Assembly: GCA_030831315.1 (NCBI GenBank)
Contig: JAURLI010000052.1
Span: forward strand, 25,905-89,904
Direction: 5' to 3'
DNA from: Alphaproteobacteria bacterium
Lineage (GTDB): Bacteria > Pseudomonadota > Alphaproteobacteria > SMXQ01
DNA length: 64,000 nt
Both the position numbers and the translations under genes were made by a program. Position 1 is the stretch's first letter. Each line of letters begins with the position of its first letter. This document shows, in pieces, positions 1 through 9,381 of the stretch. Under the pieces are notes generated by a model. It was given only the letters and a program-made list of their open reading frames with translations, ran no database searches and had not been told where the DNA came from.

Positions 1-423
1 TGCGCCGTCGAATGAATCATTCCCGGGCCGTAGGCGCGGGTCTGTCCGGGGCCGATGTCGTACTTCTTGTCGGCGACGAGTTCCGCATGATCGGCACTTT
101 CGGGATTGGTCCGGCGCCATTCGGTCATTTCCGTTATTCCGGCGCAGTTCGAATAGATCGCCCAGGAATTGCCGTGGCTGTGCGGGTTGCCGCCCTTGCC
201 GGCGCGCTGCACGTGGGCGAGCACGTAAACGTCGAGATCCTTGTCGTGAAACAGGACTTCCTTGCCCGGGGGCGTATCGTCCTTGAAGGTCGCCTTGACG
301 AAGTCGGGATTGGAGACGAGCGCCTTGAGCTTTTCGGCGACCGCTTCACGCGATGCGTCGTTGACGCCCCTGGCGAGGGTGTCGTGCATGTCCTTGCAGA
401 ACTGGTCGAGGGTGTAGCCCATT
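1..423 (-). CDS. Cupin-fold protein (cysteine-dioxygenase-like, COG5553-type); C-terminus beyond window start
   Basis: ATG at 423 preceded by AGGAGGAAAC RBS; minus-strand frame open to position 1; HSHGNSWAIY-type metal-binding cupin motif; not in the ORF track because it is truncated by the window edge. Confidence 0.5.
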
Positions 424-520
424 GTTTCCTCCTGCGGCGGTGGCCGTTTTTGCTTGGCCGCTAGCCTAGGGAAAAGCCCCGCTGGCCGCAAGGTGCGGGC
501 GCAAAGTCCCGGTTTCCGGG

Positions 521-558
521 AATAAAAAAACCCCGCCGGTCCGAACCGGCGGGGTTTT
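521..558 (-). terminator. Rho-independent terminator for upstream minus-strand tctC-like gene
   Basis: GC stem CCCCGCCGG/CCGGCGGGG flanked by A7 (U-run on minus strand) directly after stop of 576..1586. Confidence 0.7.
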
Positions 559-575
559 ATCGAAGTACGGTGGCC

Positions 576-1586
576 TTACTTGATCATGCCGCCCACCTTG
601 GCGATGACCGCCTTGGGGGTGGCATAAATCTCGCGGACGGCGGTTTCGGCTTCCTCGCCGCTCATTGGGCCGATGATTTCGCGGTTGCCCTTGTCGGCCT
701 CGGCCATGAACGCCTTGTCCTTGACCGTGTCGACGAAAGCCTTGCGCAGGGTGGCGAGCGCCTGTGCGGGAACCTTCGCCGACTGGACGAAGGGCCGGCC
801 GATTTCGCTCGGCGCCAGGATGACGTTCAGGATCTGGCGGTGTTCGGCCCCTTTGGCGAAGTCCATGATGTAGGGCATCTGGGGCATGTCGGGCGCGGAG
901 GCCTTGGAGAAGCGGACCAGCATGTTGATCTTCTTGTCCTTGATCCACGACTGGGGCGTCGAGCCCCAGGCGCCGCAGTCGGCCTCAAGCTCGCCGCGCT
1001 CGATGGCGATGCGCATTTCCGCAGAGCCGGGATAGCCGAGCACGTGCTTGATCTTGGCCCCGAACATGTTGCGGAGCAGCGCGCCGTTCACATAGGCCGA
1101 AGACCCCGACGTCGTGCCGCCCATCACGATCTGCGGACGCTTGAGAAAATCGTCCATCGACTTGATGCCGGTCTTGCCCCAGGCATAGCAGAGCCGGATA
1201 TCGGACGAGGCCGAGCCGATGAAGCGTAGCTTGGTGAAGTCGATCGGTGCCTTCTTCGGGTCCGTGAGCGACTGGGTGATCAGCCCAGGATTGAAGATGG
1301 TCATGGCGGTACCGTCCTTCGGCCCGCCCGCGTCGAGATAACGGATTGCCGTCATCGAGCCCGCCCCCGGCATGTTCTGCACGATGACCGTGGGCTTGCC
1401 GTCGATCTGCTTGCCCATGTGGCGCCCGATCAGGCGGCCATAGGCATCGTAGCCGCCGCCGGGGGAAAACCCGACGATGACCCTGATGGTCTTGCCCTTG
1501 AAGTCCTGGGCGACGGCAGCACCCTGCGCCGCACAGATGAAGACGGACGCTGCCGCTGCAGCGCCGAGGATACGGAGGGACATCAT
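576..1586 (-). CDS. Tripartite tricarboxylate transporter substrate-binding protein (Bug/TctC family), canonical length 336 aa
   Basis: Signal peptide, FKGKTIRVIVGFSPGGGYD and IKHVLGYPGSAE motifs typical of TctC/Bug family; no C-terminal extension. Confidence 0.85.
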   Translation of the reverse strand: MMSLRILGAAAAASVFICAAQGAAVAQDFKGKTIRVIVGFSPGGGYDAYGRLIGRHMGKQIDGKPTVIVQNMPGAGSMTAIRYLDAGGPKDGTAMTIFNPGLITQSLTDPKKAPIDFTKLRFIGSASSDIRLCYAWGKTGIKSMDDFLKRPQIVMGGTTSGSSAYVNGALLRNMFGAKIKHVLGYPGSAEMRIAIERGELEADCGAWGSTPQSWIKDKKINMLVRFSKASAPDMPQMPYIMDFAKGAEHRQILNVILAPSEIGRPFVQSAKVPAQALATLRKAFVDTVKDKAFMAEADKGNREIIGPMSGEEAETAVREIYATPKAVIAKVGGMIK

Positions 1587-1768
1587 GATTGCCTCGTCTG
1601 GGAAGGGTTGATCCGGGGTCTTGGGGCCCTGTTTTGGCCGGAGTTTGCTGCCGCCGCCCCGTATCGCGCAACTGGATTTTGCAGACCTGCCACGGGCGGG
1701 CCTTTGCCCGGCTCCCCGCTTGGCCTATCCTGTGCCGAAGACTGAGGACAGGACAGGCGGGACGGGCC

Positions 1769-2728
1769 ATGAGCCAGGACGACGCGAGCCGGCCGGACCC
1801 CGGCAATTACGGGTTCGATCTGGAAGAAACGCTGCGCGGCATCGTCGGCCTGCGCGCGACCGTGCCGGCCGATGCCCATAGCGCCGAGCGGCTCGGTACC
1901 GAACGTGCGGGCAACGGCTGCGTGATTTCCCCCGACGGGCTGGTGGCGACGGTCGGCTACCTGGTGACCGAGGCGGAACAGGTTTGGCTTGTGACCGGCG
2001 ATGGCCAGGTCAGCGACGCCCATGTGGTCGGCCGCGACCATGAAACGGGTTTCGCCCTCGTGCAGGCCTTGCAGCCGCTCGGCGTGCCGCCATTCCGGAT
2101 CGGGCGTTCCTCAGCCGTCAAAGCGGGCGACAGGGTCGTGGTCGGCGGCGTCGGCGGTCTCGATGCCGCGGTCGATGCCCGCGTCGTCGCCCGCCAGGAA
2201 TTCGCGGGCTACTGGGAATATCTTCTCGACGAGGCGATCTATACGACCCCACCGCATCCGCACTGGGCGGGCACCGGCCTGATCGACGGCAACGGCGGTC
2301 TCGTCGGCATCGGATCGCTGTTCATGCAGCAGGTGACGCAGAACCGCACGGCGCTGGACGTCAACATGATGATTCCCATCGATCTGCTGCCGCCCATCAT
2401 CGACGATCTCGTGCGCTACGGGCAGACCCAGGCGCCGCCGCGGCCCTGGATCGGCATGCAGGCGGCGGAATTTGGTGAAAACCTCGTGGTCATCGGCCTG
2501 ACCGACAACGGCCCCGCAGCCAAGGCGGGCGTCAGCGTCGGCGACGTCGTGCTGGGCGTCGGCGGAGAGCGGGTGCAGAGCCTTGGCGGCCTGTTCCGCA
2601 AGATGTGGGCCGTCGGCGAGGCGGGCGTCACGATCGACCTTGCCATTTTCCGCAACGGCGAGGAGAGGACGATCAATATTCGCTCGGTCGATCGCCTGAG
2701 CAATTACAAGGCGCCGAAACTCCACTGA
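1769..2728 (+). CDS. Trypsin-like (S1C/HtrA-like) peptidase domain protein with C-terminal PDZ-like region; no signal peptide
   Basis: ORF track frame 1589..2728 trimmed to ATG 1769; His (DAHVVG) and Asp (ETGFALV) blocks present; expected GNSGGP serine block reads AGTGLIDGNGGLVGI. Confidence 0.6.
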   Translation: MSQDDASRPDPGNYGFDLEETLRGIVGLRATVPADAHSAERLGTERAGNGCVISPDGLVATVGYLVTEAEQVWLVTGDGQVSDAHVVGRDHETGFALVQALQPLGVPPFRIGRSSAVKAGDRVVVGGVGGLDAAVDARVVARQEFAGYWEYLLDEAIYTTPPHPHWAGTGLIDGNGGLVGIGSLFMQQVTQNRTALDVNMMIPIDLLPPIIDDLVRYGQTQAPPRPWIGMQAAEFGENLVVIGLTDNGPAAKAGVSVGDVVLGVGGERVQSLGGLFRKMWAVGEAGVTIDLAIFRNGEERTINIRSVDRLSNYKAPKLH

Positions 2729-2747
2729 GCGCCGGGGGGAAACGCAC

Positions 2748-3632
2748 ATGCTTGATCAACCGAAGACGGCATTCCGTGACTGGCGCGAACTGAGCCAGCA
2801 GGAACTTGACGACAACTACAACCAGAACAGCCTGGTGCCCGACAACGGCCCCTACAGGGAACGCAAGGTCCGGGAAAGCGAGAGGGCGCGCGCGACGCTG
2901 AAATGCATCCTCGACGTACCCTATGGGCCGACGCTCAAGGAGAAGCTCGACATTTTTCCGGCGGCGCAAAAGGGTGCACCGATCCAGATCTTCATTCACG
3001 GCGGTGCGTGGAAGTCGGGCAACAAGTCTGATGTCAGCTATCCTGCCCCGGTGTTCCATGCTGCCGGTGCGAGCTTCATCGCGGTCAACTTTGCTTCAGT
3101 TCCCGATGTGATGATCGAGGAGCAGGTGCGCCAGTGCCGCGCGGCGATCGCCTGGACCTATCGCAATGCTGCCAGCTTCGGCGGCGATCCCGAGCGCATC
3201 TTCATTTCAGGTCATTCGTCGGGTGGCCATGTCACCGGCATGATGGTCGTGACCGACTGGGAAGGCATTTACGGGCTCCCCGCCGATATCATCAAGGGTG
3301 CAGCTCCGGTATCGGGCATGTACGACCTCGAGCCCGTGCGCCATTCATGGCGTAACAGCTACCTGCACCTCGACGAGGAGCGGGCGCGGGCCCTCAGTGC
3401 CATTCACCATATTCCGGCCACGCGCATTCCGCTCGTCATCGGCGTCGGTGGCGGCGAATTGCAGGAATTCCAGCGCCAGAATCATGCCTTTGTCACCGCC
3501 TGGCGCGCGGCCGGGCAGGAATGCGAGTTTCTCGTGCTGGAGGGAAAGAACCACTTTGACATGGGCGCCGAGTTCGGCGATCCGAACAGCCCTGTCGTCA
3601 AGGCCATCTTGCGTCAGATGAGACTCGCCTGA
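2748..3632 (+). CDS. Alpha/beta hydrolase (esterase / arylformamidase-like)
   Basis: HGGAW oxyanion motif and GHSSGGH nucleophile elbow. Confidence 0.8.
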   Translation: MLDQPKTAFRDWRELSQQELDDNYNQNSLVPDNGPYRERKVRESERARATLKCILDVPYGPTLKEKLDIFPAAQKGAPIQIFIHGGAWKSGNKSDVSYPAPVFHAAGASFIAVNFASVPDVMIEEQVRQCRAAIAWTYRNAASFGGDPERIFISGHSSGGHVTGMMVVTDWEGIYGLPADIIKGAAPVSGMYDLEPVRHSWRNSYLHLDEERARALSAIHHIPATRIPLVIGVGGGELQEFQRQNHAFVTAWRAAGQECEFLVLEGKNHFDMGAEFGDPNSPVVKAILRQMRLA

Positions 3633-3637
3633 GCACC

Positions 3638-4252
3638 TCAGGCGAGCCAGCGCGCGCCTTCGCAGGCGACGACAAACCGTGCCCGGACTATCGTGGCCTT
3701 GCCGGTCGAAAGATCCATGATCCGGGCATCGACGCCCTCGCCATCCTGGCTGATGCTTTCGCAGCGGGTGCGGTGACGCAGCGTGACGGAAGGAAAGGAC
3801 CGCGCGCGGGCCATAAGCAGGGGATCTAAAACGGTCTGTGGGCAACGCTGGAACGGTTCCAGTGCGCCCGACGGCGGCGAGACTTCTTCAAGGGGCGGCT
3901 GCGAATGCCGGTAGATGAGATGCCCGGCCAGGGTAGTGAAGTAGATGTGGTCATGGGGCCGGTCGCGTGGGTAGCCCTGCTCGCGCACTGCATCATGGAT
4001 GCCCCAGCGGCGGCAGAACTCCATGGTGCGCATGTTGACGCCTTTGGTCTTGGGGTGATCGACGGTGCCGTCGCCATGATCGACCAGCAGGCAGCGGATA
4101 CCCCGCCAGCCTAGTTCCACGGCCATGGCGAGACCGACGGGATCGCCGCCTACGATCAGGACCGGGAAAACCTCCTGTGTTGCTTCGGGCTGCGCCGCCA
4201 AGTGTCCTCTCCCTGTCTTTTTCGGTGATGATAGGCCTTGCCATATACCCAA
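3638..4252 (-). pseudogene. FAD-dependent aromatic monooxygenase, N-terminal ~200 aa only (3'-truncated remnant)
   Basis: Rossmann GxGxxG (VLIVGGDPVGLAMAVEL) and CEGARW (GD-like) motif, then stop after 204 aa; full-length family members are >390 aa; abuts stop of 2748..3632. Confidence 0.6.
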
Positions 4253-4370
4253 GACAATCGTTCGGACGACGGATCGTGACGACGTTTCCCCCGGTGGCGC
4301 GGGGCGCCCGATCCGTCTATAAAACTACCTGAAGAACAAGCCGCGCTCGCGGCACGAGGGGGAGGTTTCC

Positions 4371-5360
4371 ATGAAGCGCGTTCCGCTGACCATCGCCATG
4401 TCCGATTACGATCACATGCGGGATTTTCGCATCGGCGAGGTGCGGGCCGAAGGCATCGATCCGACCTTCCTGACGATGGAGATCCACGAGGTCTTCTCGC
4501 GCTTCACCTACAACCGGGAATGGGATGTCTCGGAGCTGAGCTTCGCCAAGTTCATCGCCCAGGTGACGCGTGAAAATCCGGATATCATCGGCCTGCCGGT
4601 TTGGACGTCGCGCCAGTTTCGCTTCTCGTCGTTCTATTACAACGTCAAATCCGGCATCAAGACGGCGAAGGATCTCGCGGGCAAGCGCGTGGCGGTCCCC
4701 GAATGGGCGCAGACGGCGGCGGTCTATACGCGTGGCTGGCTGCAGCATTCGGCGGGCGTGGACCTGACGTCCATCGACTGGGTCCAGGCCGGTACCGAGC
4801 AGCCCGGCCGCGAGGAAAAGGTCGAGCTCTACCTGCCCAAGGGCCTGAAGCTGACGCGTATTACCGACAAGTCGATTTCGGAAATGCTGGCGTCGGGCGA
4901 AATCGATGCGGCCCTGGTCGCGCGCGAGCCGAAGGTCTTTACCCGCAAGCATCCTGATGTGAAGCGGCTGTTCCCCGATTACCGGGCGATGGAAGAAAAA
5001 TACTTCGATGAAACGGGCATCTTCCCCATCATGCATATCGTCTGCATGCGCAAGGCGATCCTCGAAGACAATCCTTGGATTGCGCGCAACCTCTTGATGG
5101 CTTTCGAGCAGTCGAAGAACAATGCCATGGACAGGTTCCTTGAAATTTCGGTGTCGCGCTATTGCCTGCCCTGGGCGGTTGATCATGCCGAGCAGATGAA
5201 GAAAAAATTCGGTGGCGACTTCTTCCCCTACGGATTGGAGCCGAACCGCAAGACGCTGGAGGCGTTCTGCCAGTACACCTTCGAGCAGGGCATCACCCGC
5301 GTGCGTGCCAAGCCCGAGGACCTGTTCCCGGGCGGCCTCGACTTCTCCGTCCTTATCTGA
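4371..5360 (+). CDS. 4,5-dihydroxyphthalate decarboxylase-like protein (SBP-like fold, NMT1/THI5-like)
   Basis: N-terminus MKRVPLTIAMSDYDHMRDF and overall architecture recalled from PhtD-type decarboxylases; GGAGG RBS upstream. Confidence 0.5.
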   Translation: MKRVPLTIAMSDYDHMRDFRIGEVRAEGIDPTFLTMEIHEVFSRFTYNREWDVSELSFAKFIAQVTRENPDIIGLPVWTSRQFRFSSFYYNVKSGIKTAKDLAGKRVAVPEWAQTAAVYTRGWLQHSAGVDLTSIDWVQAGTEQPGREEKVELYLPKGLKLTRITDKSISEMLASGEIDAALVAREPKVFTRKHPDVKRLFPDYRAMEEKYFDETGIFPIMHIVCMRKAILEDNPWIARNLLMAFEQSKNNAMDRFLEISVSRYCLPWAVDHAEQMKKKFGGDFFPYGLEPNRKTLEAFCQYTFEQGITRVRAKPEDLFPGGLDFSVLI

Positions 5361-5369
5361 GGGCGTGCG

Positions 5370-6251
5370 GTGAGCGAGGACGCGCCCCGCCCGTTGCGCC
5401 CGCCGCGGCGCAATGGCCGGGCGCCTCGCATCAAGGTTCCGGCAGGCGCCTGTGATACCCATTTCCACATCTACGAGGACAATGTTGCCTACCGGGCGAA
5501 GCGGCGCTACACGCCGGTCGATGCGGGGCTTGACCAATACCGCGCCACAGCGGCGCGGCTCGGCCTCGCCCGCGGGGTGATCGTCACCGGCAGCGCGCTT
5601 CTCGATAATGGGCCGACGCTGGCGGCAATTGCCGCGGCGAAGGGAGCCTTCAAGGGGCTGGCCCTGCTTCCGCCCGACATCACGGACAATGAGCTCGAAC
5701 ATCTCGCCGCGGGCGGTATGACCGGCTTTCGCATTTCGACCCGTTCGGTCGGTGGCATGGGGCCGGAACATCTCGCCCGCCTTGCTGCGCGCGTGAAGGA
5801 CCTCGGCTGGCATGTTGAAATTCACCTGCGTGACGCGGCCGAGGTGATCGATCTTCTGCCGGTCCTCAGGTGTCTTGCTATACCGCACAGCCTCGACAGT
5901 ATCGCCAATCTCGGCCCGACCGATCTTCCGGGTACGCCCGCCTTCGATGCGGTGGCGCGTCATTTGCGCGAATGCGAGGATGCGTGGCTGAATATCTATG
6001 GCGTCTACAACGCATCCCGCGCGGGCCCGCCGGGATACGCCGACATCGTGGCGCCTGTGGCGGCGCTGGTGGCGGCGCGGCCTGATCGCGTCATCTGGGG
6101 CCTCAACTGGCCGCATCCGACCTTCGACGGCGAAGTCCCGGAAGATGCCGACGTGCTCGACTTCGTCGGTGCCGTCGCACCGGATGAACATGTCCAGAAA
6201 CTGATTCTCGCCGACAATCCGGCAAGGCTGTACGGTTTCGATTCGCCATGA
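5370..6251 (+). CDS. Amidohydrolase-2 family hydrolase, LigI-like (2-pyrone-4,6-dicarboxylate lactonase-like)
   Basis: 293 aa, N-terminal CDTHFHIY block matches LigI-type DxHxH; GTG start. Confidence 0.6.
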   Translation: MSEDAPRPLRPPRRNGRAPRIKVPAGACDTHFHIYEDNVAYRAKRRYTPVDAGLDQYRATAARLGLARGVIVTGSALLDNGPTLAAIAAAKGAFKGLALLPPDITDNELEHLAAGGMTGFRISTRSVGGMGPEHLARLAARVKDLGWHVEIHLRDAAEVIDLLPVLRCLAIPHSLDSIANLGPTDLPGTPAFDAVARHLRECEDAWLNIYGVYNASRAGPPGYADIVAPVAALVAARPDRVIWGLNWPHPTFDGEVPEDADVLDFVGAVAPDEHVQKLILADNPARLYGFDSP

Positions 6252-6752
6252 TCAGTGATGACGCCGGGTGAATTCCGGCGGCACGAAGTGGCAATGGGCG
6301 CCGCCGTGCTTCTCGAAATAGCGCTGATGGTATTCCTCCGCCCGCCAGAACGTATTTGCCGGTGAAATCTCGGTGACGATGGGGCGGGGGAAACGGCGCG
6401 CGGCTTCAAGCTGGTCGCGAACTGCCGTCGCGGTCGCCTTCTGCGCGTCATCGTAAAAGAAGATGGCCGAGCGGTACTGGTCGCCGATGTCGGGGCCCTG
6501 GCGGTTGAACTGGGTGGGGTCGTGAATGGCGAAGAAGGCTTCGCACAGCCGCTCGAAGGATACGACGTTGGGATCGAAGGTCACCTCGATGACCTCGGCA
6601 TGGCCGGTGCCGTGGCCGCAGACCTCGCGGTAGGTGGGGTTGTCGGTGTGCCCGCCGGAATAGCCGCAGATGGCCTCTTCCACGCCCGGTATTTGGCGAA
6701 AGGCCGATTCTACTCCCCAGAAACAGCCTGCGCCGAACATCACCTTTTCCAT
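6252..6752 (-). CDS. msrA: Peptide methionine sulfoxide reductase MsrA
   Basis: MEKVMFGAGCFWGVE active-site block; ORF track N-terminal extension (6890) rejected as Arg/Pro-rich high-GC read-through. Confidence 0.85.
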   Translation of the reverse strand: MEKVMFGAGCFWGVESAFRQIPGVEEAICGYSGGHTDNPTYREVCGHGTGHAEVIEVTFDPNVVSFERLCEAFFAIHDPTQFNRQGPDIGDQYRSAIFFYDDAQKATATAVRDQLEAARRFPRPIVTEISPANTFWRAEEYHQRYFEKHGGAHCHFVPPEFTRRHH

Positions 6753-6769
6753 CGTCGTCTCTCCCATGC

Positions 6770-7768
6770 TTAGCTGACATCGACCGGCGCGCGACCGGGG
6801 TGCGGCAGTTCGCGCCCCGCGCCCTTCGCCTTGGCGCGCTTCAGGATCTCGATCCCGGCGGCAAGGTCGGCGAGGCCGACGCCCATCCACTTGAACAGAG
6901 TCAGGTCGGCGCCGGCGGGCCGCTTCTCGCCCCTGCCGACGATGTCCTTCAATTCGATCATATCGTTCCAGTCGCCGCCTTCGCCGTCATAGAAGGACTG
7001 CAATTCGCGGCTGTCGGAGCGGCAGCCTTCCAGGTTGTCCACCACTACGCGGTCGGCACGGGCGACAACGTCGGCGGTAATTTCGGCAAAGCCCGTGATG
7101 ATGGCGCCGGCAGCATTCAGGTGTGAGCCGGGCGACAGCATGTCGGCGGTGAGGAACGGCTCCTTCGCGCGCGTCACTGTGGTGACGATGGGCGCGTCCT
7201 TGACGCAAGCTTCGACCGAACCGCGCTCGACCACCTCGAAGCCGTATTTCGCGCGCACTTCGGCGGCGAAGCGGGCACGGTTCTCGGGGGTCGGCGAGAA
7301 CACGCGCAGGCGTTTCAGGGGGCGCACCGCATTGACGGCGGCGACCTGGGTCATCGACTGCTTGCCCGAGCCGACCACCGCCATGTCGTCAGCGCCTTCG
7401 GCGGCAAGGTAGTGGGTGGCGACACCGGCAAGCGCCGCGGTGCGCATCTGGCCAAGCGCCACCGCTTCGATGATCGCCTTCAGCTGGCCGTCGTTCGATC
7501 CGTGCAGCAGGACAAGCGGCGCGGATTTGCCGCCGACATTCGTCCATACCTTGGCGCCGGAAAAGCCGATGCCGGTGAACTGGGCGCCGGTGATGTTGAG
7601 GCTACCTCCCGTCCACGCCGTCTGGCCCTTGCGTAGGTTTTTCGCCTTGCCTTCGTATTCGAGACGAAGCGCGTCCTCCAGCGCATTGATGACGCCGGAC
7701 AGGTTGATCAGGGATACGACCTCAGCCTCGGTGATCCAGATGAAGGTCTTGGGCGCGGCGTCGGCCAT
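6770..7768 (-). CDS. Ornithine cyclodeaminase / mu-crystallin family protein
   Basis: Length 332 aa, Rossmann region VVGSGKQSMTQVAAV, family-typical N- and C-terminal blocks. Confidence 0.75.
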   Translation of the reverse strand: MADAAPKTFIWITEAEVVSLINLSGVINALEDALRLEYEGKAKNLRKGQTAWTGGSLNITGAQFTGIGFSGAKVWTNVGGKSAPLVLLHGSNDGQLKAIIEAVALGQMRTAALAGVATHYLAAEGADDMAVVGSGKQSMTQVAAVNAVRPLKRLRVFSPTPENRARFAAEVRAKYGFEVVERGSVEACVKDAPIVTTVTRAKEPFLTADMLSPGSHLNAAGAIITGFAEITADVVARADRVVVDNLEGCRSDSRELQSFYDGEGGDWNDMIELKDIVGRGEKRPAGADLTLFKWMGVGLADLAAGIEILKRAKAKGAGRELPHPGRAPVDVS

Positions 7769-7841
7769 CGGCTACTCCTTGGGTTGCTCTAGTCCCGGTT
7801 TTAGCGAAGCGGGCTCTCGATGGCCAGCCCCGGGTTGGCCA

Positions 7842-7877
7842 TAAAAAACGGGCGGCCATGGCGGCCGCCCGTTTTCA
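7842..7877. terminator. Bidirectional rho-independent terminator
   Basis: A6-ACGGGCGGCC-loop-GGCCGCCCGT-T4 between 6770..7768 and 7899..9206. Confidence 0.65.
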
Positions 7878-7898
7878 GGAAATATATCCGGGGATTGC

Positions 7899-9206
7899 TT
7901 ACTTGCAGTCCACGTTGGCGGCTTCCTTGGCGCCTTCATTCGGCAGGGTGACGTTGCACTCCATGCCTTCCTTGAAGGCGCTGCGGTTGGCCGCCTTGCC
8001 GGCGACGGTGATCTTGGTGCGCGAGCCGGAAATGCCGGTCTGCACGTCCTTGCCGCCGACGCTGACGGCGATCTTGCGGCCGCCCTCGATGACCTTCGAG
8101 ATCTTGCCCGAGAACTTGGGCTGCTCGACCTTGGCGGTCTGGGTGGGGCCCTTGAACTTCAGCATGTCGTCGAGCTTGGCCAGCGCCGACTTGGGCTGGG
8201 CCGCCATTTCGGCGACGATCTTCTGGATCTCTTCGCCGGTGATCAGGTCGACGTCACGCTTGAGCTTCTTGGCTTCCGCCTGGAACTGAGCGTCCTTGGC
8301 GGTGGCATCGAAAGCAACGCGCATCGCCTTGACGCGGTCGGCCGGAACCTTCGCCGCCATCGCAAACGGGCGGCCCATGACGCGCACGCCCATCAGGATC
8401 TGGAAATAGGCGGAGGCCTCTTCCTGGGTGACACCCGCACCAAGGTGCTTGCCGGTTTTGATCACGTCGAAAACGGTCGGCACGCCCATCTTGGTCAGCT
8501 CGGGCACCGGCTTGACGGTGAGCTGGATGATCGGCTTCAGGGTGCCTGCGCGTATCATCGGGCCGCCCTGGTCGCTGAGCGACGCCCAGGACTGGCAGAT
8601 GCCATCGACTTCGCCGCGTTCGATCGCGAGGTGGATAGGCGGCGTGGACGGATAGCCCTTGATCAGGCGGAACTTGCCGCCGAGCGCGTTGTTGATCAGC
8701 GCGGGGTTGATTTCGGTGTCGTTCGGACCCGTGCCGCCCATGATGAAGGTGCGGGTGAAGACTTCCTCGAACGACTTAATGCTCGTGCGCGTCGCGATGG
8801 CGCAGGCGCCCGGCTCGTCGGCAAGGCTGCCCAGCCAGTTGAGTTCGACGGACTTGAACTTGGGACCCTTCTGGCCCATCAGTTCGGCCATCGCGGCGTT
8901 GCGCTGCATGCCGGCGATCACGGTGCCGTCCTTGGGCGCGACGTTGAAGACGTAGTTCGCCATGACGATGGAGCCGGCGCCTTCCATGTTCTTCACAAGG
9001 AAGCCCGGGTTGCCGGGGATATGGCGGCCCATGTGGCGCGACAGCATACGCGCGTAAACGTCATAGCCGCCGCCCGGACCGGAACCGACCAGCAGCTGGA
9101 TCCGCTTGCCCTTGTAGAAATCGGCAATGGCGTCGGCTGAGGCGGGGCCTGAGGCAAACATGCCGCACAGGGCCGCCGCAGCGGTCATGATGTGGGGAAA
9201 ACGCAT
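7899..9206 (-). CDS. Bug/TctC-family substrate-binding protein with ~110 aa C-terminal Lys/Gly-rich two-Cys extension (paralog 1)
   Basis: Signal peptide plus full TctC core (DFYKGKRIQLLVGSGPGGGYD ... IKGYPSTPP); extension KISKVIEGGRKIAVSVGGKDV...SGSRTKITVAGK...KEGMECNVTL...VDCK. Confidence 0.85.
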   Translation of the reverse strand: MRFPHIMTAAAALCGMFASGPASADAIADFYKGKRIQLLVGSGPGGGYDVYARMLSRHMGRHIPGNPGFLVKNMEGAGSIVMANYVFNVAPKDGTVIAGMQRNAAMAELMGQKGPKFKSVELNWLGSLADEPGACAIATRTSIKSFEEVFTRTFIMGGTGPNDTEINPALINNALGGKFRLIKGYPSTPPIHLAIERGEVDGICQSWASLSDQGGPMIRAGTLKPIIQLTVKPVPELTKMGVPTVFDVIKTGKHLGAGVTQEEASAYFQILMGVRVMGRPFAMAAKVPADRVKAMRVAFDATAKDAQFQAEAKKLKRDVDLITGEEIQKIVAEMAAQPKSALAKLDDMLKFKGPTQTAKVEQPKFSGKISKVIEGGRKIAVSVGGKDVQTGISGSRTKITVAGKAANRSAFKEGMECNVTLPNEGAKEAANVDCK

Positions 9207-9309
9207 GGAAGACTCCCTAGTAAATTGAGTGAAAGAGCCGGGTTGGCGGTTCTAACCGGCCCCGTCGGGGGACGCAAGCTGGCTGTGGCTATATGGCTAC
9301 AAAGTGGCG

Positions 9310-9343
9310 CAAAAAAGGCACCCCCAGAAAACCGGGGGTGCCG
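9310..9343 (-). terminator. Rho-independent terminator after paralog 2
   Basis: GGCACCCCC-loop-GGGGGTGCC with A6 on plus (U-run on minus) 40 nt after stop at 9382. Confidence 0.6.
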
Positions 9344-9381
9344 AAGAGCCGCGAAAGCCGCGGATACTGGGGTTCAGGTGA

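Noticed and set aside
1589-1768. N-terminal extension of the protease ORF
   Set aside because: Overlaps the tctC-like gene region and promoter, with low-complexity translation. ATG at 1769 gives a normal N-terminus.
4317-6191. 624 aa minus-strand ORF
   Set aside because: Antisense shadow of the PhtD-like and LigI-like genes. Arg/Ala/Pro-rich composition typical of high-GC off-frame ORFs with no motifs.
6753-6890. N-terminal extension of the msrA ORF
   Set aside because: Arg/Pro/Gly-rich read-through overlapping the ocd gene. The conserved MsrA N-terminus starts at MEKVMFGAGCFWG.
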